From a virus (Duplodnaviria > Caudoviricetes): a stretch of DNA of 40,743 nt. This document shows, piece after piece, positions 35,426 to 40,743 of this stretch (positions within the stretch are counted from its first letter, which is position 1; each line of letters begins with the position of its first letter). Where the stretch lies: the IMG/VR virus record IMGVR_UViG_3300018914_000074, one strand, 5' to 3'. The position numbers were made by a program, and so were the translations under genes. Below the pieces are notes generated by a model. It was not told the DNA's origin and ran no database searches. It saw only the letters and a list, made by a program, of their open reading frames with translations.

Positions 35426-35671
35426 ATGGACTTCCAAGCGTACGATATTGCACTCATCCCGTTGATTGTCGCATTGGTCGGTGTCATCCAAAGGTTCGGC
35501 GTCAGACCGCGTCTACTGCCGGGTGTGGCGCTCCTACTCGGGCTCGCCGGAGGGTTTATCTACGTCGCGCCGAACGACCCGCGTCAGGCTGTTCTCGTCG
35601 GTCTGGTGATGGGCCTGTCAGCGATCGGGGCCTACTCCGGAGTGAAAAATACGGTGAAGAAAAGGGAATAA
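35426..35671 (+). CDS. Holin
   Basis: 81 aa, three hydrophobic segments, GLSAIGAYSG.KN, basic tail. Confidence 0.85.
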   Translation: MDFQAYDIALIPLIVALVGVIQRFGVRPRLLPGVALLLGLAGGFIYVAPNDPRQAVLVGLVMGLSAIGAYSGVKNTVKKRE

Positions 35672-35718
35672 ATAGCCTTTTTAGAGGCAAGCTATACGAA
35701 CCTCCTAGAGAGTCGAAA

Positions 35719-35760
35719 CCCCCGCTGGCCGTATTGGCTGGCGGGGGATTTTTTATTTTT
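35719..35760 (+). terminator. Terminator between convergent lysis and moron genes
   Basis: CCCCCGCTGGCC-GTATT-GGCTGGCGGGGG then T-run. Confidence 0.75.
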
Positions 35761-36424
35761 ATTCGAGGATTATTTCAGTGACAACATCTTCACTCAGGTC
35801 ATTATAGTTCGCATCGTATGCAGGTTCTACAAACAGATTGAGGCTTTTTATATCCAGCACGTTTCCTTTCGCCTCATAGAAATACGTTCCTTTACGGACG
35901 ACTTTGCCTTTGTATTCTCCGCTCATCGTATCGTATGTAAGGCCGGTTATTTGCTCCTTAGTGTCGGTCACGATTTCGCCGCCGGGGTACCAGGTGACCG
36001 TATTGTTAGAAGTGTTTTCAATCGTCATTTCAAGGAGAACTGCATTTACGGGCTCATAATGATCGTCGTACTTGTAAGCCGGATCTAGTGTAACCTTGGA
36101 AATTTTCATTACCATAGGACCGCTTTGTAAGGTTACGTCGACGTTAAATGATTTTGCACTAGAGGCTGGGGACGTTGTCGTCGCATTCTTACCAGTGATC
36201 GTAATCGTGTTCGTCACAGGGTCGAAATTCACTTCCGCGCCAAGTAACTCCGCTGCAGATCGGAGCGGAACGTATGTCACTCCGTCGATCAGTTTTGTTT
36301 CGGCTGCGGATACCTTGCCGTTAACGATGAGCGTGAGTTTGGTGGCTGCGCTTGCGGCAGATGCCGAAACGATTGCCGTTAGCGCTACAAGAGTAACAAT
36401 TCCCCATTTTTTCATAAGATCCAA
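35759..36424 (-). CDS. Secreted protein: signal peptide, stalk domain, DUF4352-like Ig domain (moron)
   Basis: MKKWGIVTLVALTAIVSASAASA, TYVPLRSAAELLGA.V.FD, MTIENTS. Confidence 0.78.
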   Translation of the reverse strand: MDLMKKWGIVTLVALTAIVSASAASAATKLTLIVNGKVSAAETKLIDGVTYVPLRSAAELLGAEVNFDPVTNTITITGKNATTTSPASSAKSFNVDVTLQSGPMVMKISKVTLDPAYKYDDHYEPVNAVLLEMTIENTSNNTVTWYPGGEIVTDTKEQITGLTYDTMSGEYKGKVVRKGTYFYEAKGNVLDIKSLNLFVEPAYDANYNDLSEDVVTEIILE

Positions 36425-36453
36425 TTTCCTCCCCTTTGTAGGTAACCAATGGT

Positions 36454-36482
36454 AGTATACACCTACGGATGGCGACCGGGAA
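36454..36482 (-). promoter_or_regulatory. Putative sigma-A promoter of the moron gene
   Basis: TTCCCG-N17-TATACT. Confidence 0.5.
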
Positions 36483-36658
36483 AGGTTTCATTTTCGGCAT
36501 ATTTCCTCGCCGGCGTTCGTATGCATATAGGGATCATAAAGCGTTGCCTGAACGCGATCAGCGGTGGCAACGCTCAAGACCCTGGAAAACTCGCTGTACG
36601 ACATTTGTCGGACGCCATAAAGCGCCCGTCCGTCAGACGCTCTGTCTTGCGGATTTTT

Positions 36659-36886
36659 TTATGGCCAGAAATCATCCGGGTTTACGTTATATCCCATTCT
36701 CCGCAGAGCTCCGATAATTTTCACCTGCGTCTTCTCCCCAGGTCTGATGTTCTTCCGACCATCGCAAAGGTCCGAGATCCCATCCCGACTGACTCCGCTT
36801 TTCTTTGCTACCAGCTCCTGCGAAAGCTCCGCGTCCGCGTCGATAAATTTACCGAGCCGGGTCCGCGGTTTACCCAATCCGAACAT
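36659..36886 (-). CDS. XRE-family HTH regulator divergent from terminal operon
   Basis: MFGLGKPRTRLGKFID...SQELVAKKSGVSRDGIS.LC...DFW; GGGAGG SD. Confidence 0.85.
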   Translation of the reverse strand: MFGLGKPRTRLGKFIDADAELSQELVAKKSGVSRDGISDLCDGRKNIRPGEKTQVKIIGALRRMGYNVNPDDFWP

Positions 36887-37018
36887 AAGTCCAACCTCCC
36901 CATGCTTTTCTAGCAATAGGGTGGACAACTCTATGAAAAATTATTCAAAAACTCCGAAACATGGACAATCAATTAGTCATACACATGTATCACAACCGTC
37001 AGACGGAGGGTGATGCGA

Positions 37019-37273
37019 ATGTCGGGCAAAGAAAGGGAGAAGATCGAGGCGCGGCTGAGGAAGAACCGCGACGCGGACCTGCGGCAAGCGACGGCCGGAA
37101 TTAGCGCCGGCGAGCTCTCGGAAATGGTCAGGGATGGCTTACGCTACATGCTCGGGATTCGGACGAAGAAAACCATCCAAATTGTAGAGCAGCCGATCGT
37201 CGCACAACAGCCACGGCCAATCCCGGTCGCAGGCAAGTCGGCCGTCTTCCGGCCCAATAATCAATCGAGGTGA
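37019..37273 (+). CDS. Small putative ribbon-helix-helix DNA-binding protein
   Basis: IEARLR...DADL...LSEMVRDGLR strand-helix-helix pattern. Confidence 0.55.
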   Translation: MSGKEREKIEARLRKNRDADLRQATAGISAGELSEMVRDGLRYMLGIRTKKTIQIVEQPIVAQQPRPIPVAGKSAVFRPNNQSR

Positions 37274-37278
37274 GAGCT

Positions 37279-37701
37279 ATGGCACGTACGGAGGTAATCC
37301 CGTTCCGTGAGTTCGTCCGGGGCGAATGGAAGCCGAAGACGACGGTCGAGATCATCGTCGAACACTTCGACCGGAACAAGATCGTTTACCGGGTCGCCGG
37401 CGTCACGGCGACGCTGTGCCTGGCGGGCGCCGACCTGAGCTTCGCGGCCGACGCGGTGTCGGCATTCGCTCCGACGACACAGGATGCGATCGACGCAAAG
37501 GCCGAGGCGATTTACCGGCCGCTGGTTGGGATCGGCAAATGGGTGATCGTGTTCAAAGGGGGATTGGACACGGTGACGAACATGGTTCAGGGAGATATGA
37601 TCTCGGCGCGCAAGAATTTCCTTGGGTATCTGCTGGTTTACGTCATTCTGCTCGGGCTGCCCTGGTGTCTGGAACAGGTCGAGGGGATCTTCGAGGTGTA
37701 A
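37279..37701 (+). CDS. Membrane protein, VirB2/TrbC pilin-like architecture
   Basis: Leader with SFA/AFA motifs followed by two hydrophobic segments. Confidence 0.6.
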   Translation: MARTEVIPFREFVRGEWKPKTTVEIIVEHFDRNKIVYRVAGVTATLCLAGADLSFAADAVSAFAPTTQDAIDAKAEAIYRPLVGIGKWVIVFKGGLDTVTNMVQGDMISARKNFLGYLLVYVILLGLPWCLEQVEGIFEV

Positions 37702-37714
37702 GGAGGGACACGGC

Positions 37715-38401
37715 ATGCCTATGAAGTTTCGTCTCACGTCGCCCTACGGCACCCTCGAAGAGGTCCGCGACGGCCGGGTGCACACCGGCATCGACCTCGC
37801 CATGCCGCGCGGCACGGAGCTGCACAGCGTTGCAGACGGCGTCGTCGAGCGCGTGGTCGACTACGGCGCCGAGAACATCGGAAAGGGCGTCATTCTCCGC
37901 CTGGACGACGGAACGAGGATCGTGTACGGCCACATGGATAAAGTGACCGTCCACGACGGGGAGCGGATCCGCGTCGGCGAGCTGCTCGGCTTCAGCGGGA
38001 ACACTGGCCACTCGACCGGGCCGCACCTGCACTTTGCCATGATGCGGGGTGGAGAGTGGATCGATCCGACGCCGATGGCGGAGACGGTCGACAAGTTTAG
38101 CGGGGGTGGCGTGGGCTCGGCGCTTACCGCACCGATCAGGGGTCTCGCGGAGCGGGCACTCGGCAGCACGGTCGGCGAGGCGAAAGCCGCAGTGAGGGGC
38201 CACATTCAGGAGCAGATCGTTGACTGGCTGGCCGCGACGGGGAACCTTCTCGTCGACGCGATCTACCCGATCACACTGATTGGATGCGGGTTGGGCATCG
38301 TCCTCGGGGTCGTTGGGCTCAAAGATGGGTACCGCTGGAGCGGGATCCTATTCACCGTGTATGTATTGGTCCGATTTTTCGTGAGAGGTGTTGCAGCATG
38401 A
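37715..38401 (+). CDS. M23 (LytM) peptidoglycan peptidase with C-terminal TM helices
   Basis: HTGIDLA, YGHM, GNTGHSTGPHLHF; two C-terminal hydrophobic segments. Confidence 0.9.
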   Translation: MPMKFRLTSPYGTLEEVRDGRVHTGIDLAMPRGTELHSVADGVVERVVDYGAENIGKGVILRLDDGTRIVYGHMDKVTVHDGERIRVGELLGFSGNTGHSTGPHLHFAMMRGGEWIDPTPMAETVDKFSGGGVGSALTAPIRGLAERALGSTVGEAKAAVRGHIQEQIVDWLAATGNLLVDAIYPITLIGCGLGIVLGVVGLKDGYRWSGILFTVYVLVRFFVRGVAA

Positions 38402-40743
38402 AGTCCGTCCCGATCCGCAACGTGCTGCAAGTCGTCCGCCCGGAGTATGCTTTTCTAAGACTCAAACCAAATAATTCGATTCGGAACCAAGCCACGCACA
38501 AAATCGCCCGGGCAATCGCTACGCTATACAAGAACATACTTGAGAACGTGAAGCGGGAGGAGGAGAAGCTCATCAAGGTGCTCGGCCGCGAGTTTTTGCT
38601 CGGTACACGGTACAGCGTGACGGCGCCGGCCAAGGTCAGCTATTACGTCTACATGGAGCGGCAGCGCATCGAGTTCTATTTCATCGTTCCGCGCCAGCAC
38701 CTCAGTTTTCTGCGAGAGAAGATCACAGACGTCTGGACCGGCGTCACGATCGAGGAGGTAGACGCACTGCCGGAGTTCGGCGTAGGCGCGACGAAGCTGC
38801 AGCTGCATTACGAGAAGGAGGACGCCCTCAGCCTGGCGACGGACCGCCGCAACAACGACCTGCTGCTGAGCAACCTGAACGTTGTTGAGCTCCTCGAGGA
38901 GGGTGACAAGGCTGCGGTGTTCTATAACTTCCTGCCCGGCTCCCAGTTCTCCTGGCGCGCCACGTACCGCCATACGATCGACAAGGTGAACCGTCACATG
39001 CCGGTCGACCGTAACAAGGCGGGCCTCGGCTACGCGGCCAAGATGGCGCTTTCGGTGGCCAACACGCTGCTGTCGGAGATGGGCGAGGTGTTCACCGGAA
39101 AGAAAGCAAAAGAGACGCGTACGAACCTACTGGAGGGGCTGATCGAGCGCCTGAACGGCGGCAAGGCTATCAGCGAGTCTACGCAGCGGAAAGCCGGCGC
39201 GACGATCCTGAACACGGAAATCGTGGTCCTCAGCGAGAGTGCCGACGGTCTCCGGCAGCGGAACGCGGCGCGCAGCCTGGCGCAGAGCTTTGACACGATC
39301 TCGGAGGACAACAGGCTCGCGTATAAGCCGTACCGACGTACGTTCCACTTCACGGACTACACGCTGCATGCAGAGCGGAACAAGATCGGAGACCAGGAGG
39401 CGCAGAACTTCATCGCTCTGCCGGGGCGCGAGGTGCTTGAGCGTTTTGCAGGGATTGAGCGGGTGGAGACGCAGGAGACGGAAGTGCCGGAGGATTTGCG
39501 GCATGGCGTCATGTGCATCGGTACGAACACGTACCGCGGCCAGGAGCAGAAGGCGTACCTCTCGACGGACCGGGAATACCGGAACCTGACGCTGGTGCTA
39601 ATCGGTCCGACGCGCGCCGGCAAGTCGACGCTGCTCGGGAACCTCGGCGCGGACGCGATCCGAAACGGTGAGTGCATGATCGTCTTCGACTTCATCTCGA
39701 ACTGCCAGCTCAGCAGCGAGATCGCCGCGCTGTTCCCGCCGGAGAAAGTTCTGAACATCGAGTGCGGGGATCTCCGGAAGCTGCAAGGGCTCGGCTACAA
39801 TGAGATCGGCCGCAGCGCGGATCCACTCCGCCAATACGAGAACGCGAAGATGTCGGCGACGCAGCTGCAGACGCTGGTCAATGCGATCGCGACAAACGAT
39901 GCGCCGCTGACGCCAAAAATGAAGCGTTATCTGCAGGCGGCTGCGCTCGTCGTCTTCATCAACGGTGGGGCTATCCGAGACGTATTCGAGGTGCTGCAGG
40001 ACCACGAGGCGCGCGCCGTAGCAATCAATGCGGCGCCGGCCTCGCAGGCGGAGCTTCTCCGCAAGCATGCCGCGAGTCTCGCCGAGCTCGATGAGACCGA
40101 CAAGAAGGGCGTCGTGACCGGAACGAAGGATTCGCTTATATCCGGCATCATCGACCGCATGAACGAGCTCGAGGCGAACACGTACCTCGAGATGATGCTG
40201 CAGAAAGATACGGCCGGCAATATCGACCTCGTAAAGGAGATCCAGAAGAACCAACTGATCTGCATCCGGATGCCGGAGCGCGCCTACCCGACGGACGCCG
40301 AGAAGGACGTCATCTGCACCTACTGGATGTCGAAGCTCCGACTCGCGCTCCAGATCCGCGACTACCAGATCCCGGACCGCTCGAAGCATACGAAGGTGAA
40401 CATGGTCATCGACGAATTGTACCAGGTGCGCACGACGGAACGGATGCTGAAGGAGAATCTAAGCCGGCTCGCAAAATTCAGCTTGAAGCCGATCATCAGC
40501 TGCCACTATTTGAACCAGATCAACATCATCCGAGACGAGCTCCGGAGTGCCAACGCTTCCTACATGCTGATAAGCGGGTGCGATAAGAAGAACTATGCGG
40601 AGCTGCAGAGTGAGCTGTATCCGTACCAGGAGGAGGACCTGCTCAACCTGCCTCGGTACCATTCCCTCAACCTGATTAAGAACGCCGATGGGTACGCACG
40701 GTTCATCACGAAGCTGCCGAAGCCTGTTCGAAATGCCACCTAG
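38398..40743 (+). CDS. HerA/FtsK-superfamily ATPase, VirD4/TrwB coupling-protein-like
   Basis: Walker A GPTRAGKST, IVFD, Walker B MVIDE, C-terminal DLLNLPRYH; GAGGTG SD and ATGA coupling. Confidence 0.8.
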   Translation: MKSVPIRNVLQVVRPEYAFLRLKPNNSIRNQATHKIARAIATLYKNILENVKREEEKLIKVLGREFLLGTRYSVTAPAKVSYYVYMERQRIEFYFIVPRQHLSFLREKITDVWTGVTIEEVDALPEFGVGATKLQLHYEKEDALSLATDRRNNDLLLSNLNVVELLEEGDKAAVFYNFLPGSQFSWRATYRHTIDKVNRHMPVDRNKAGLGYAAKMALSVANTLLSEMGEVFTGKKAKETRTNLLEGLIERLNGGKAISESTQRKAGATILNTEIVVLSESADGLRQRNAARSLAQSFDTISEDNRLAYKPYRRTFHFTDYTLHAERNKIGDQEAQNFIALPGREVLERFAGIERVETQETEVPEDLRHGVMCIGTNTYRGQEQKAYLSTDREYRNLTLVLIGPTRAGKSTLLGNLGADAIRNGECMIVFDFISNCQLSSEIAALFPPEKVLNIECGDLRKLQGLGYNEIGRSADPLRQYENAKMSATQLQTLVNAIATNDAPLTPKMKRYLQAAALVVFINGGAIRDVFEVLQDHEARAVAINAAPASQAELLRKHAASLAELDETDKKGVVTGTKDSLISGIIDRMNELEANTYLEMMLQKDTAGNIDLVKEIQKNQLICIRMPERAYPTDAEKDVICTYWMSKLRLALQIRDYQIPDRSKHTKVNMVIDELYQVRTTERMLKENLSRLAKFSLKPIISCHYLNQINIIRDELRSANASYMLISGCDKKNYAELQSELYPYQEEDLLNLPRYHSLNLIKNADGYARFITKLPKPVRNAT

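Larger units (their letters stand above)
1..40743. mobile_element. Temperate siphovirus prophage (HK97-type head, cos packaging, non-contractile tail); att sites not visible in window
   Basis: Colinear integration, immunity, replication, packaging, head, tail and lysis modules; no tail sheath gene recognised. Confidence 0.97.

Noticed and set aside
1-40743. tRNA, rRNA, CRISPR array, arbitrium system or attL/attR core repeats
   Set aside because: None recognised by eye; window ends coincide with stop codons, so att cores are probably outside

Overview
The window is an apparently complete temperate siphovirus prophage of a spore-forming Bacillota host; gene families and domain usage suggest Paenibacillaceae. 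It runs from the integrase stop codon (base 1) to the stop codon of the last accessory gene (base 40743), so the att cores probably lie just outside. Gene order: lysogeny (tyrosine integrase, ImmA, repressor, divergent Cro-like and Xis-like genes, four-operator switch); replication (initiator with iterons, helicase loader, DnaB); accessory early genes (AbrB, LexA-DBD protein, two short tyrosine recombinases, methyltransferase, dUTPase, YopX); late activator; HNH/cos/terminase; HK97-type head; non-contractile tail with a -1 frameshifted chaperone; lectin and SGNH cargo; lysis cassette; a secreted moron protein. The most notable items are: (1) a terminal operon of HTH, RHH-like protein, pilin-like membrane protein, membrane-anchored M23 peptidase and a VirD4/TrwB-like ATPase, resembling a minimal DNA-transfer machine inside a phage; (2) a ~450-nt antisense, terminator-ended, heavily base-paired element at ~10660-11105 that looks like a large ncRNA; (3) two catalytic-domain-only recombinases with paired dif-like sites; (4) four probable CTG start codons, including the late activator and portal genes. 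Family assignments come from motif recognition by eye, not database searches.
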